A DNA stretch of 52,693 nucleotides from an uncultured Clostridia bacterium (GCA_944381195.1 CALWKH010000001.1:1-52693); one strand, 5' to 3'; counted from the stretch's first letter, positions 7,237 through 17,628 are shown. Notes: generated from the letters alone by a model not told the origin. Numbers and translations are program-made.

Positions 7237-8802
7237 TTATGAAACTGGAGTTATGTTGATTTGTCCAGAGTTGTTTGTTACAAGAATTGAATTTGCGCTG
7301 TTTTCTGTTTGTTCGCCTGTTATCACATTAACCCATTTTTGAGTTGTGCTTGATGTGTCTTGAAGATATTCGCTTGTTGTTTTTGCTGTGGTGCTTAAAC
7401 TTCCCATGCCAATATTTACTGCCCCGCTTATGTTTCTCCAACCAAGAGCAAAATCATTTTGAGGAATGGTCAAGTTCACATTGCCTGCATATGCATTGAT
7501 GATGTTTTGTCCAAGAACTTCGGCAAAACTTCCAGTTATGGTTCCAGTTCCACGGTTATCAAACTCGGTTGAGGTGTTAATAAGAACAAGACCTTGTGCG
7601 TCAGTGAAATTGGTGTTGCCGTGTCTGTTGTTTATGGTTATATTAAATGCGTCTTTGCAGGTGATTGCAATGTTTCCATAGGTTGATGTTGCTGTTACAT
7701 CACCAAAACAAGAGGAAAGCGTTAGACTTCCATTTGCACTTGAAAAATTTACCCAACCAGTGTTTTCACCAATTGTAGTTTCTCCATTGTTTCTTACAAG
7801 TGTTGAATTTCCGTTTACTCTTTCAATTCTAAGATAACCATCTCCACCATTTGCATCAAGCCCATTGCCAACAGTTGCAACTCGGCAATCACAACTGCCA
7901 AGCACAAGGTTTGCATAGCCACTGATGTTTTCAACTTCCAAAAGCCCGCCTTCTGCTGTGAAATCAAAATCACCATAGATGTTTTTTATCACGGTGTGAG
8001 TGTTTGTGGTATTCATGGTAACAAGGGTATCTTGTGAAGCCTCATTTCCCAAGTTTTCAAGTTCAACAAGACCATAGCCACCTGTGATGCTTATTGTGGT
8101 TGTGCATGGAATGTCAAGAAGAGACTTAACATTTCCAGAATTTTTTGCGACAGTCAAGGCATCTTCAACTGAATAGTTGTTAAGGTTAACCTGCCCATTT
8201 TGAGATTCAATCACAAGTTCTTTTGTGTTAATTTTTGTGCTGTCATCTGTGATGTCATCACCGCCAATTGTGATTGTTCCAGTGTTTGTCACAACTTCCA
8301 AAGTTTTATCGTCAAGAGCATTTGATGACACAATTAAATCAAGCACTGTTTCACTTCTAATCAAAAAGCCGCCAGTTGGCTCAGCCATTTTGACATAGAA
8401 AACATTTTCGGTGCGGTCGTCAAGATATTTTTCGTCTGTTATTGTGCTGGAGTATGTTGGTTCCCAAACATCACCCCAAACAAAACCTTTGTATGCGCTG
8501 TTGATTTTTACTGAATTGTTGTTATAGTTCTCACCTGTTTGTCCTGTTGTGGTAACACGAACATTGATGTCATATCCGCCTGTTTCAACACGAATGACAT
8601 CTGCTTCATCCCACCAAGTTGAATAGGAAGATTCATCAAGTTCTTCAAAAATCAGTTCCCTGTTGTCGCTTGTGACATAGTGCAAGCCAAAAATGCTTAC
8701 ACTTGGGAAAATCATCAAAATTGCACCCAAAATAACAAACACAGCCAGTGCAGCAACCAAAACTATCATTATTATTTTCATTATTGTGCCAAAAACACCC
8801 AT
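7237..8802 (-). CDS. Membrane-anchored beta-helix repeat protein (DUF4097/putative-adhesin-like)
   Basis: N-terminal TM segment, then N/T/G-rich repeats of roughly 20 aa (GNV.., NGS.., GDV..). Strong RBS AAGGAG. Confidence 0.5.
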   Translation of the reverse strand: MGVFGTIMKIIMIVLVAALAVFVILGAILMIFPSVSIFGLHYVTSDNRELIFEELDESSYSTWWDEADVIRVETGGYDINVRVTTTGQTGENYNNNSVKINSAYKGFVWGDVWEPTYSSTITDEKYLDDRTENVFYVKMAEPTGGFLIRSETVLDLIVSSNALDDKTLEVVTNTGTITIGGDDITDDSTKINTKELVIESQNGQVNLNNYSVEDALTVAKNSGNVKSLLDIPCTTTISITGGYGLVELENLGNEASQDTLVTMNTTNTHTVIKNIYGDFDFTAEGGLLEVENISGYANLVLGSCDCRVATVGNGLDANGGDGYLRIERVNGNSTLVRNNGETTIGENTGWVNFSSANGSLTLSSCFGDVTATSTYGNIAITCKDAFNITINNRHGNTNFTDAQGLVLINTSTEFDNRGTGTITGSFAEVLGQNIINAYAGNVNLTIPQNDFALGWRNISGAVNIGMGSLSTTAKTTSEYLQDTSSTTQKWVNVITGEQTENSANSILVTNNSGQINITPVS

Positions 8803-8837
8803 ATCTTTTCTCCTTGAATTAAAAAGTTATTTTTATT

Positions 8838-10637
8838 CTATACCAAAACAGCTTTTATTCTTCTAACACCACTGCTGCTACTTTCTTCCTTTAAAATTTT
8901 AAAGGTGCCAAGTTCCCCTGTTCTGTTTGCGTGAGGTCCACCACAAATTTCCTTGCTGTATTCGCCCATGGTATAAACTTTGACTTTATCACCGTATTTT
9001 GAGTCAAAAATGCCAATTGCTCCGCTTTTCTTTGCCTCATCAACAGACATTTCTTCGCAAGTTATCTTGACATCTGCCTTGATTGCCTCGTTCACAAGGC
9101 GTGTGACTTCGGCAAGTTCTTCCGGTGTCATTTTGTGGTCGCAGACAAAATCAAATCTCAGTCTTTCTGGTGTGATGTTACTGCCTCTTTGCAGTGCTGT
9201 GCTGTGAAGAACCTTTGCAAGTGCTGCGTGCAAAAGATGTGTTGCTGTGTGCAATTGTGCAACCTTTTTTGCGTCCTCTTCGTTTTGAGTTTCACCAACC
9301 CCACCTTTGAACATTTTTCCAGAATTATCACGAGAAAGTTGTTGATGATTCTTAAATGCCTTTTCAAAGCCCTCAGTGTCAACATCAAAGCCATTTTCTT
9401 TTGCCAGTTCACAAGTGAGTTCTTTTGGAAAACCAAAGGTATCAAACAAATGAAAAACCGTTTGTCCATCAATTGTTTTGCTTTCAAGTTTGTCAATGAT
9501 TTTATTAAATTCTTTAAGCCCTGATTCAAGTGTTTTGTTGAATTTTTGAATTTCTTCGCCAAGTTCCTTTAAAATAAAATCTTGCTTTTGCTTGAAAGAA
9601 AACATATCATCATAAAAATCAATGAAGCACTTTGCACAATCAACAAGTTTGTCAGCGTCAACACCTAGGGTGCGGGCACAATTTATTGCACGCCTGATAA
9701 GTCGCCTTAAAATATAACCCTGTCCAACATTTGACGGTGTGGTTGGTCTTTTATCTCCAAGAAGGAACACCGCTGCTCTTATGTGGTCGCAAATAACAGC
9801 GAAAGGCTTGCTGTCTGCTTTTTTGAAATCAAATTTTTTGCCAGAAAGTTTTTCAAGAAGTGCAATAGCATCTTCAAAGCAATCGTTTTGATAAGTGCTG
9901 TCAAAACCATTAAGCACGCTGACAACTCTTTCAAGCCCCATGCCAGTATCAACATTTTGTTGTGGAAGTTTTTGTAATGGTGCATCTTTTTCTTTTATGA
10001 AAAATTCCATGAACACATTGTTCCAAATCTCCACCCATTTGCCACAATCACAACTTGGCTGACAATTTTCACTGCAAGCAGGTTTTCCTGTGTCATAAAA
10101 CATTTCTGTGTCTGGGCCACAAGGACCAACTCCGCCCCCAATTTCCCACCAGTTGTCTGATTTTGGATAGTAAAAAATTCTGCTTTCATCAATTCCGCAC
10201 TCTTGCCAAAGTTTTGCGCTTTCTCTGTCACGAGGAACCTTTTCATCACCCGCAAAAACGGTTACCGCAAGTTTATCTTTTGGAATATTAAGCCATTTTT
10301 CACTGGTTAAAAACTCATAACTCCATGAAATTGCATCATGCTTGAAATAATCTCCAATGCTCCAATTTCCAATCATGAAGAAAAGAGTGTGATGGCGGTT
10401 GTCACCCACCTCGTCAATGTCGTTTGTTCTGAGGCATGGCTGAATACTAAAAAGTCTTTTGCCCTGTGGGTGTTTTTGCCCCAAAAGATATGGCACAAGT
10501 TGTTGCATTCCTGCTGTTGTGAACAAAACAGAATTGTCATCTGGAATCAGTGATGCTGCATCAATCTGTTTATGATTTTTTTCTGTCCAGAACTTTTGCC
10601 ACATATTCATAAGTTTTTTGCTTGTTAGTTTTTCCAT
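8838..10637 (-). CDS. alaS: Alanine--tRNA ligase, unusually short (599 aa)
   Basis: FTTAGMQQ, GPCGPDTEMFYD, VDTGMGLERV and DHIRAAVFLL, plus the editing-core motifs HTATHLLH and CGGPH. Confidence 0.9.
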   Translation of the reverse strand: MEKLTSKKLMNMWQKFWTEKNHKQIDAASLIPDDNSVLFTTAGMQQLVPYLLGQKHPQGKRLFSIQPCLRTNDIDEVGDNRHHTLFFMIGNWSIGDYFKHDAISWSYEFLTSEKWLNIPKDKLAVTVFAGDEKVPRDRESAKLWQECGIDESRIFYYPKSDNWWEIGGGVGPCGPDTEMFYDTGKPACSENCQPSCDCGKWVEIWNNVFMEFFIKEKDAPLQKLPQQNVDTGMGLERVVSVLNGFDSTYQNDCFEDAIALLEKLSGKKFDFKKADSKPFAVICDHIRAAVFLLGDKRPTTPSNVGQGYILRRLIRRAINCARTLGVDADKLVDCAKCFIDFYDDMFSFKQKQDFILKELGEEIQKFNKTLESGLKEFNKIIDKLESKTIDGQTVFHLFDTFGFPKELTCELAKENGFDVDTEGFEKAFKNHQQLSRDNSGKMFKGGVGETQNEEDAKKVAQLHTATHLLHAALAKVLHSTALQRGSNITPERLRFDFVCDHKMTPEELAEVTRLVNEAIKADVKITCEEMSVDEAKKSGAIGIFDSKYGDKVKVYTMGEYSKEICGGPHANRTGELGTFKILKEESSSSGVRRIKAVLV

Positions 10638-10638
10638 T

Positions 10639-12303
10639 TTAATTACCTATTTTAAATTTATCTTTTAAGGAAACTGTTTCATTGAAAACAAGTTTTCCAT
10701 TTTCCTTTTTGATTAAATAATAATATCCCTTTCTCAAAAATTGAAATCTTTTTTCTTCGGCGTTCGCAACAAATGCTTCTGCTTTTGCTTCTTTTATGTT
10801 CCACGAATTTTTGTTGAACACTTCTTCAATGTTGTCTCCCGTGAAGGTTTTGCTTTCGTCAATAAGCGTTCCAAACTCGTTGATAACAACATCAACAGCG
10901 TGTTTTGCGCTTACCCAATGAATTGTGCCTTTTACCTTGATGCCACTTTGGTCATTGCCACTTTTTGAGTTTTCAAAATATGAACATTTAAGTTTGATAA
11001 CTTTTCCCGTTTCATCTTTGATTACCTCATCACATTTGATGATATAGGCATCTTTAAGACGAACAACTCCGTCTGGTTTTAAGCGGAAGAATTTGTTTGG
11101 AGCATCTTCCATGAAGTCCTCACGCTCAATGTAAATTTCGTTTGAGAAAATTGCTTTGTGCGTGCCAGCACTTTCATCGTTTGGGTTGTTTAAAACCTCA
11201 ACTTCTTCTTCACCACTATAGTTTGTGATTTCAACTTTTAATGGATCCAAAACAACCATGGCACGCGTGGCAATTTTGTTATAGTCATCACGCACACAAT
11301 TTTCAAGCATTGCGCGGTCAACATTGTTTCCTGCAATTCCAATTTGAAGAATGAAATTCTTTAAACTTTCTGGCGTATATCCCCTTGCACGCAGCCCACG
11401 AATTGTTGGAAAGCGAGGGTCATCCCAGCCTGTTGCAAGTCCAAGTTCAATCATTTTTCTTAAATATCTTTTGCCTGTGATTGTGCCTGTGATGTTTGTT
11501 CGAACAAACTCAATTTGCCTTGGCTTAACTTTATAGTCAAGGTCAACATTATCAATCACCCAGTTATAAAGTGGGCGGTGGTCCTCAAAATCGTTTGAGC
11601 AAAGAGAATGAGTGATGCCCTCAAACGCATCTTCAAGTGGATGAGCAAAATCATAGAGTGGATAGATGCACCACTTGTCTTGTTGACGATAGTGACTTTG
11701 GTGCAAAATTCGATAAATGACTGGGTCACGCATATTGATGTTTGGGCTTGCCATGTCAATTTTTGCACGCAAACAGCATTTTCCGTCTTCAAATTCCCCC
11801 GCCCTCATCTTTGAAAAAAGTTCAAGATTTTCTTCCACCGAACGCTCACGATATGGGCTGTTTTTACCTGGCTGTTTAAAAGTGCCACGATATTCATTGA
11901 TTTGCTCGGGTGAAAGGTCATCAACATATGCCAAACCTTTTTTGATTAAATTAACCGCACAATCATACATCTTTTCATAAAAATCACTTGCAAAAACAAG
12001 GTTTTTCCATTCAAAACCCATCCATTTGATATCTTCTTGCCAACCTTCTGCATATCTCATTTCTTCTTTTGTTGGGTTTGTGTCATCAAAACGAAGGTTG
12101 GTGTATCCACCAAACTTTTCTGGCATTAAAAAGTTAATGGTAACCGCCTTTAAGTGCCCAAGGTGCATATATCCATTTGGTTCTGGTGGAAAGCGTGTCA
12201 CGATGTGGTCAAGGTTATATTTGAGCATATCTTTTTTTATTTCGCTTTCAATAAAATTATCTGTTTCAATGTTTTCAATTTCCGTTGCTGTCAATGTTTT
12301 CAT
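10639..12303 (-). CDS. glnS: Glutamine--tRNA ligase
   Basis: HIGH motif (PPEPNGYMHLGHLKA) and VKGTIHWVS. Start at Met11 (12303), preceded by AAGGAAAGGAAA. Confidence 0.9.
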   Translation of the reverse strand: MKTLTATEIENIETDNFIESEIKKDMLKYNLDHIVTRFPPEPNGYMHLGHLKAVTINFLMPEKFGGYTNLRFDDTNPTKEEMRYAEGWQEDIKWMGFEWKNLVFASDFYEKMYDCAVNLIKKGLAYVDDLSPEQINEYRGTFKQPGKNSPYRERSVEENLELFSKMRAGEFEDGKCCLRAKIDMASPNINMRDPVIYRILHQSHYRQQDKWCIYPLYDFAHPLEDAFEGITHSLCSNDFEDHRPLYNWVIDNVDLDYKVKPRQIEFVRTNITGTITGKRYLRKMIELGLATGWDDPRFPTIRGLRARGYTPESLKNFILQIGIAGNNVDRAMLENCVRDDYNKIATRAMVVLDPLKVEITNYSGEEEVEVLNNPNDESAGTHKAIFSNEIYIEREDFMEDAPNKFFRLKPDGVVRLKDAYIIKCDEVIKDETGKVIKLKCSYFENSKSGNDQSGIKVKGTIHWVSAKHAVDVVINEFGTLIDESKTFTGDNIEEVFNKNSWNIKEAKAEAFVANAEEKRFQFLRKGYYYLIKKENGKLVFNETVSLKDKFKIGN

Positions 12304-12446
12304 TTTCCTTTCCTTTATATAATATAGAAACAATTTTATTTTACTTTTATAAAAAAGTCAAGTTTTAAAAGCATGTTATCAAAATTTAATTTGTTTTGCA
12401 TAGAAAAAAATTTTTTTCGCAAGATATTTTTTAAGGAGTGAAATCT

Positions 12447-13892
12447 ATGCTGACAAAATCTTTAAAAGACAATCTTAGCAAAATGAAAGAAAGATATCAT
12501 AACTCACAAGACCTTATTGTGCGTGAGTTTGTGTCTTTTGGAAAAATAAATTCAGCAGTTGTCTATATTGACGGAAGTGTTGACAAGCAATTTTTGATTA
12601 GTGGTGTTTTGAACCCACTTCAAACATCACCTCCACCAAAGAAAGATGATGTAACAGATTATGCCGTCAGCAAAATTGTTGCGTTTGCGCAAGCAAAAGT
12701 TGAAAGTGATGAAAGCACGATTATCACAAATCTTAACAATGGTTTTTGCACCATATTTTTTGAAAACACAACAAGCGTTGTTTGTGTGGACAGCACAAAA
12801 TGGCCAGTAAGGCTTCCGTCCGAACCACCAACAAGTGCGGTTATCAACGGTCCACGAGAGGGCTTTGTTGAGGATATTGTTACAAATGTTGCACTAATTC
12901 GCAAAAGACTGAAAACGCCAGATGTAATCTTTGATAAAATGGAAGTTGGCAGATATTCAAAAACGCAAGTTAGAGTTTGCTATATTCACGGAATTGTTCA
13001 CCCAAAAATTGTCAAAAAGATTAAAGATAAAATCAAAAATATAGACATTGACGGTGTTGTTGATTCAAGTTACATAAGTGCATTTTTGGAAGACAGAAGG
13101 CACTCTGTGTTTCGCCAGGTTGGAACAAGCGAAAAGCCAGACATCATTGCATCAAAACTGCTTGAAGGCAGAGTTGCTGTCATTGTGGACGGCTCGCCAA
13201 TTGTCCTAACTCTTCCATATGTTTTGTGGGAAGATTTTCAAAGCAGTAACGATTATTACACCACTCCAATGCGTGCAACATTTCAAAGGTGGCTTCGTGC
13301 TTTTGGTGCGCTTATTGCAATCATTTTGCCTGGATGCTATGTTGCAGTTATGCTTTATCACTACAAAATTATTCCAATCAAACTTCTAATCAGCATTGCA
13401 AACAGCATTCAAGGAATTCCACTTTCGCCTTTTTTAGAAGTCTTGTTCATCATTTTTCTGTTTGAAATTTTATATGAAGCAAGCCTGAGGATGCCAAGAT
13501 ATCTTGGACTTGCTCTCTCGGTTGTGGGCGCACTCATCTTGGGAGACACCGCCGTTAAAGCGGGGCTTGTCAGCCCACCTGCTGTGATGATTGTTGCCCT
13601 TACTGGTGTGATGAGTTACACCGTGCCAAACCAAACTTCGCAGATTTCATTTCTGCGCCTTGTGTTTACCTTTCTTGGCGGAATTTTGGGCTTTTATGGA
13701 ATCATCATCGGCGGGCTGTTTTTGGCGGGGTATCTTTGCTCAATCAAAAACTATGGAGCGCCCTATCTTGCTCCGCTTGGTCCTTTTGTCGCAAAGGACC
13801 AAAAAGATGCAATCTTTAAAAAACCAATCACAAGTCAAATCACAAGGCCAAAGAGTTTTCCAAATGTAAACAACAGGAGGCTTAAAAAATGA
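12447..13892 (+). CDS. Spore germination receptor A subunit (GerA/GerK A-type)
   Basis: About 480 aa with a soluble N-domain and C-terminal TM helices. AAGGAG sits 8 nt before ATG 12447. It is the first gene of an A-B-C operon. Confidence 0.88.
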   Translation: MLTKSLKDNLSKMKERYHNSQDLIVREFVSFGKINSAVVYIDGSVDKQFLISGVLNPLQTSPPPKKDDVTDYAVSKIVAFAQAKVESDESTIITNLNNGFCTIFFENTTSVVCVDSTKWPVRLPSEPPTSAVINGPREGFVEDIVTNVALIRKRLKTPDVIFDKMEVGRYSKTQVRVCYIHGIVHPKIVKKIKDKIKNIDIDGVVDSSYISAFLEDRRHSVFRQVGTSEKPDIIASKLLEGRVAVIVDGSPIVLTLPYVLWEDFQSSNDYYTTPMRATFQRWLRAFGALIAIILPGCYVAVMLYHYKIIPIKLLISIANSIQGIPLSPFLEVLFIIFLFEILYEASLRMPRYLGLALSVVGALILGDTAVKAGLVSPPAVMIVALTGVMSYTVPNQTSQISFLRLVFTFLGGILGFYGIIIGGLFLAGYLCSIKNYGAPYLAPLGPFVAKDQKDAIFKKPITSQITRPKSFPNVNNRRLKK

Positions 13893-14977
13893 CAAAAGAA
13901 TTAACTTCAAGACAGTTCATTTTGCTCTCCATTTTTATTATGCTTTCAACAAAAGTTTTGACTATTCACCCATTTGTTTTTGAATATGCTGGAAAGGATG
14001 CAATCTGGTCAATCACATTGGGCTTTTTGCTTGACATGATTATTTTGATTGGCGTTGTGATACTCTTGCAAAAGTTCAAAGACATAAGTTTTTATGGGCT
14101 TTTAAAAAAATTTTTTGGAACAATCATTGCAAAAATTTTACTTGTTTTCCTTTTTGTATTTATCGCTTTGAAAGCGCTGTTTTTATATCAAGAAACACAT
14201 TCTTTCTTTTTGCAAATTTTGTTTACTGAAATTTCTCCTCTTATTTACATTATTCCTGCAGTATTTATAACAGGTTATTTTGCAATCAAGGGCATTAATA
14301 CAATTGCAAGAAGCATGGAAATTTTTTCAATTTTCATCTTGATTGGAATTGTTATATGTATGCTGACAGCAATCAATGGTCTTAATCCAGACTATATATT
14401 GCCTTTTTTTGAAAATGGGATATCACCAATGTTTGAGGGATTTAAAGCACAAATATTTTATCGAGGAAATGCCTTGATTCTTCTTTGTTTTATGGGAAAA
14501 ATTGATTTTAAAAAGAATTTTAATTTTAAATTTTTCTTTTTTAACACATTGATGGCTTTGATTGTTATCATTATTGCATTATTTTTCTATATGCTGTATG
14601 GTCCAAGCGCACTATATGTTGAATTCACACTTGCTGATTTACCGCAACATGACCCATTTGTTACCGACCTTGGCAGACTTAACTGGCTTTCAATTGTTGT
14701 TTGCACTTTGGCACTTTTTCTAACAAGCAGTGCATTTCTTTATTGCCTTGCCAACATTGGCAGGTGGGTTTTTGGCTTTAAACGTGCGCTGATTCCAACT
14801 GGAATTGCCCTTGTTTTTATCACTATTTTGGCAATTATAAATGATTACAGCCTTGTTATCATGCAAGAAAAAATTCTACGTGAATGGATGTATGCTTGTG
14901 GAATAATCATGGCAATATATGTGATTTTATGTGTGATATTTCTTTGCGTTAGGAGGAAAAAATGGACAAAGCCTTAA
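13889..14977 (+). CDS. Spore germination receptor B subunit (spore permease family)
   Basis: 362 aa with about 10 TM helices. ATGA overlap with the A subunit and GGAGG upstream. Confidence 0.85.
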   Translation: MTKELTSRQFILLSIFIMLSTKVLTIHPFVFEYAGKDAIWSITLGFLLDMIILIGVVILLQKFKDISFYGLLKKFFGTIIAKILLVFLFVFIALKALFLYQETHSFFLQILFTEISPLIYIIPAVFITGYFAIKGINTIARSMEIFSIFILIGIVICMLTAINGLNPDYILPFFENGISPMFEGFKAQIFYRGNALILLCFMGKIDFKKNFNFKFFFFNTLMALIVIIIALFFYMLYGPSALYVEFTLADLPQHDPFVTDLGRLNWLSIVVCTLALFLTSSAFLYCLANIGRWVFGFKRALIPTGIALVFITILAIINDYSLVIMQEKILREWMYACGIIMAIYVILCVIFLCVRRKKWTKP

Positions 14978-16194
14978 AATATCGAATTGTCGCTTGGGTG
15001 GTTGCAATATTTTTTCTAATTCTTTTGCCAAGCGCAGTAAGTGTGCCAAGTCAACTTCAAACCACAGCAATTGTTTCTGGAATTGGAATTGATAAAGAAG
15101 GCGAAGAAATTTCACTTTCTGCTCAAATTTTAATTCCTCAACCAAGCACAAGTTATTCGCCAAAAAGCACCGTTATTTCTGGAACTGGAAAAGACCTTAT
15201 GGATGCAATAAGCGCTGTTGAACTTAAAACAGGTCAAAACTTGGGGCTTGCACATTGCTATATCATTGTTCTTGGAGATGAAATATGCAATGATAACCTG
15301 ATTGAAACACTTGATTTTCTTATGCGAAGCAACATCATGGGAAACAATACTGCCCTTATTCACACATCAAAAAAAGCAGAAGATATACTCAAAGTAAGTT
15401 CACAATTCAGTGAAAGTGACATCAACAACCTGCAAAACATTGCAAAATTCAACAAGGAAAACTATAACAGCGCAAGCACCAGTTTGATTGAACTTTTCAG
15501 TGAATATGCCCTTCCCGCAAGCGCATCTGTTATTGGAACAATTGACAGTGATGAATCATCAAATGGACAATCAAGTGGTGGTTCTGAAGAAAGTTCTGGT
15601 TCTGGAGGTGAATCGTCCGCGCAGAGTGGCGGAAGTTCAAGTGGTTCGTCAACAAGTGCATTCAAAAATGAAGGAAAAGCCATTGTTATCAAAAATGGCA
15701 AAAAAATTCTTAATTTAGAGCAAGAAGATGTTATGAAATTCAACTGGCTTGATTCTGAAACACAAAAAGGTAATATTTTAATTGAAAATTACAGTGACAA
15801 AGATTTGCAAAATGCAACAATTGGAATTAGACAAATGGCAAAAAGAATTTGTTTTAATCCAAAAATCACAAACAACACCCCTATCTTAGAGGCAAATATT
15901 ACCTTGGAAACAAGAATTGAAAGCATTGAAAATGGTGGAAAAATTCAGTCATCACACAAAAACTATTATAACGACACCCTTGTTTCAGCAATAAAAACAA
16001 AAGTTAATCAAGATATTCAAGATGCTTTAAGTCTTGCAAAGGAATATAATTTTGACATCATGGATATCTATGCGATTTTTAACTCAAACAAAACGGCTGA
16101 TTGGAAAAAATATCTCAGCAGTCTTGACAACGAAGATAATTATATTCAAAACCTTGAAATTGTTGTAAATGTGGTTGTAAAAAACAAAGAATAG
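14962..16194 (+). CDS. Spore germination receptor C subunit (Ger(x)C family)
   Basis: TTAIVSGIGIDKEG follows an N-terminal hydrophobic segment. It is the third gene of the operon, with GGAGGAAAAA before the ATG. Confidence 0.78.
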   Translation: MDKALKYRIVAWVVAIFFLILLPSAVSVPSQLQTTAIVSGIGIDKEGEEISLSAQILIPQPSTSYSPKSTVISGTGKDLMDAISAVELKTGQNLGLAHCYIIVLGDEICNDNLIETLDFLMRSNIMGNNTALIHTSKKAEDILKVSSQFSESDINNLQNIAKFNKENYNSASTSLIELFSEYALPASASVIGTIDSDESSNGQSSGGSEESSGSGGESSAQSGGSSSGSSTSAFKNEGKAIVIKNGKKILNLEQEDVMKFNWLDSETQKGNILIENYSDKDLQNATIGIRQMAKRICFNPKITNNTPILEANITLETRIESIENGGKIQSSHKNYYNDTLVSAIKTKVNQDIQDALSLAKEYNFDIMDIYAIFNSNKTADWKKYLSSLDNEDNYIQNLEIVVNVVVKNKE

Positions 16195-16343
16195 TGAAAA
16201 CTGCAAAATAATGTTTAAAAAACTTAAAATTTTATGAAATTTTGATATAATTTTTGCAAAAATATAAAATTATGCTATTTGAAAATTTATTTGACATTTT
16301 AAATGAAATTTAAGATTGAATAATAATTTTGACATAAAACACA

Positions 16344-16380
16344 AAAAGATAGTGAAAAAACACTATCTTTTTATTTTTTA
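16344..16380. terminator. Bidirectional rho-independent terminator between convergent genes
   Basis: 11-bp stem AAAAGATAGTG/CACTATCTTTT with an A6 loop and T-runs on both strands. Confidence 0.65.
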
Positions 16381-16446
16381 ACTTAAAAATTTATTACAGT
16401 TAGTTGAATATTATTTTTTGAATTATAAACATTAATTTAACATGTT

Positions 16447-17628
16447 TTAAACAACACCATATTCTGGCCAAGTTCGGTTATTTTTAAACCACTCACTCTC
16501 TTTTAAAATTGTGTCGTTATTAGAACAATTAACCCCAACTTCATCATTTCCAGTAATTGAGATGATAACTATGTTTCCGTTAAAGGAAGTGAATTCATTA
16601 TTTTTATAGTCAAGACAAAGTGTAGTTACATAAATATATTTTGTATATTTTGCAACATTATTGATGAACTCTTGTGTTGGAAATTGATTTTCTGCTGTGT
16701 CGGTATATTCACTGCTTCCTGCACAACAGCATACACAAACAATTTCTGGTTGTATCACAGATAACAGTGCATCTGTTGATGATGTTTTACTTCCATGGTG
16801 CCCTGCCTTATAGAGTGTTACTTGTGGCAAATCATTATATTCCACCAAATATTCTTCTCCATCTGCTTCAAGGTCACCAGTGAACAAAAAGTGTCTGTCT
16901 CCGTGACTTAACATGCAACAAACAGAATAGTCATTTTCACTGCTTGCTTTATTTTCATAATAATAGTTATATAAAATTTCCAAACTGATGTCGTTTGTGC
17001 TGTCTAAAATGTATTCCCTTTGTGCTCCGTTTTGATTGTTCCAACATTCAAGTGCTGTGTGGTGCGTTGCACCTTTATCTATTTCATCTTGAAGTTCTCT
17101 TAAATAGTTATTATATGTGGTTGCTGTATCTTTTTGATTTGTTCTGGCAAAATCAATGATGACTTCACATTCATATAAATCAAAAATGCTGTCCACCTTT
17201 GTGCTGGTAGCAAAACCAGCATAGTGATCTTGGTGTGCGTGCGTGATGATGACATACTCAAGAGTGCCGTCTGTAACGTATTGATTTAAATATTCACTTA
17301 CCGTGGCAACGCTGTTGCTTTTTGAACCGCAATCAATCAAAATATCAATGTCTTCGCCAACCTTTATGTAGGTGCAATCACCTGTGTATTTATTCCCAAG
17401 TTCCAAGAAATGCACCGACACCGTTCCGTTAGCCGTGCTGATTGGGGTGGAAGAAACCTCACTGCCACCGTCATAGGAATAATAGACATCTTCTGTTATA
17501 ATCAGTTGGTCGGTATTTGGAAGTTTTAAGTAGGTATAGCCAACAAAACCAATTGCAACGCCCAGAACCAAACACAAAATGGAAATTAAAAAAACTTTAA
17601 ATTTAGATTTTTTCTTTGAACTTGCCAT
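16447..17628 (-). CDS. Membrane-anchored MBL-fold metallohydrolase, ComEC C-terminal-domain type
   Basis: N-terminal TM segment, plus ITHAHQDHYAGF, FTGDLE and YKAGHHGSKTSS. Two adjacent ATGs (17631 and 17628); the second has the better SD spacing. Confidence 0.8.
   Translation of the reverse strand: MASSKKKSKFKVFLISILCLVLGVAIGFVGYTYLKLPNTDQLIITEDVYYSYDGGSEVSSTPISTANGTVSVHFLELGNKYTGDCTYIKVGEDIDILIDCGSKSNSVATVSEYLNQYVTDGTLEYVIITHAHQDHYAGFATSTKVDSIFDLYECEVIIDFARTNQKDTATTYNNYLRELQDEIDKGATHHTALECWNNQNGAQREYILDSTNDISLEILYNYYYENKASSENDYSVCCMLSHGDRHFLFTGDLEADGEEYLVEYNDLPQVTLYKAGHHGSKTSSTDALLSVIQPEIVCVCCCAGSSEYTDTAENQFPTQEFINNVAKYTKYIYVTTLCLDYKNNEFTSFNGNIVIISITGNDEVGVNCSNNDTILKESEWFKNNRTWPEYGVV

Noticed and set aside
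10638-12446. T-box leaders for alaS and glnS
   Set aside because: alaS starts 1 nt after the glnS stop. The glnS upstream spacer is about 130 bp, is shared with the divergent gerA operon, and shows no specifier-loop or antiterminator structure.
12334-12446. Sigma-G/F promoter upstream of the gerA-type operon; also examined upstream of sleB at 21880-21944
   Set aside because: GCATG..CATAGAA and GAATA..CAAAATA pairs exist, but the spacers are 21-23 nt instead of about 17-18 nt, and such AT-rich matches are not distinctive.
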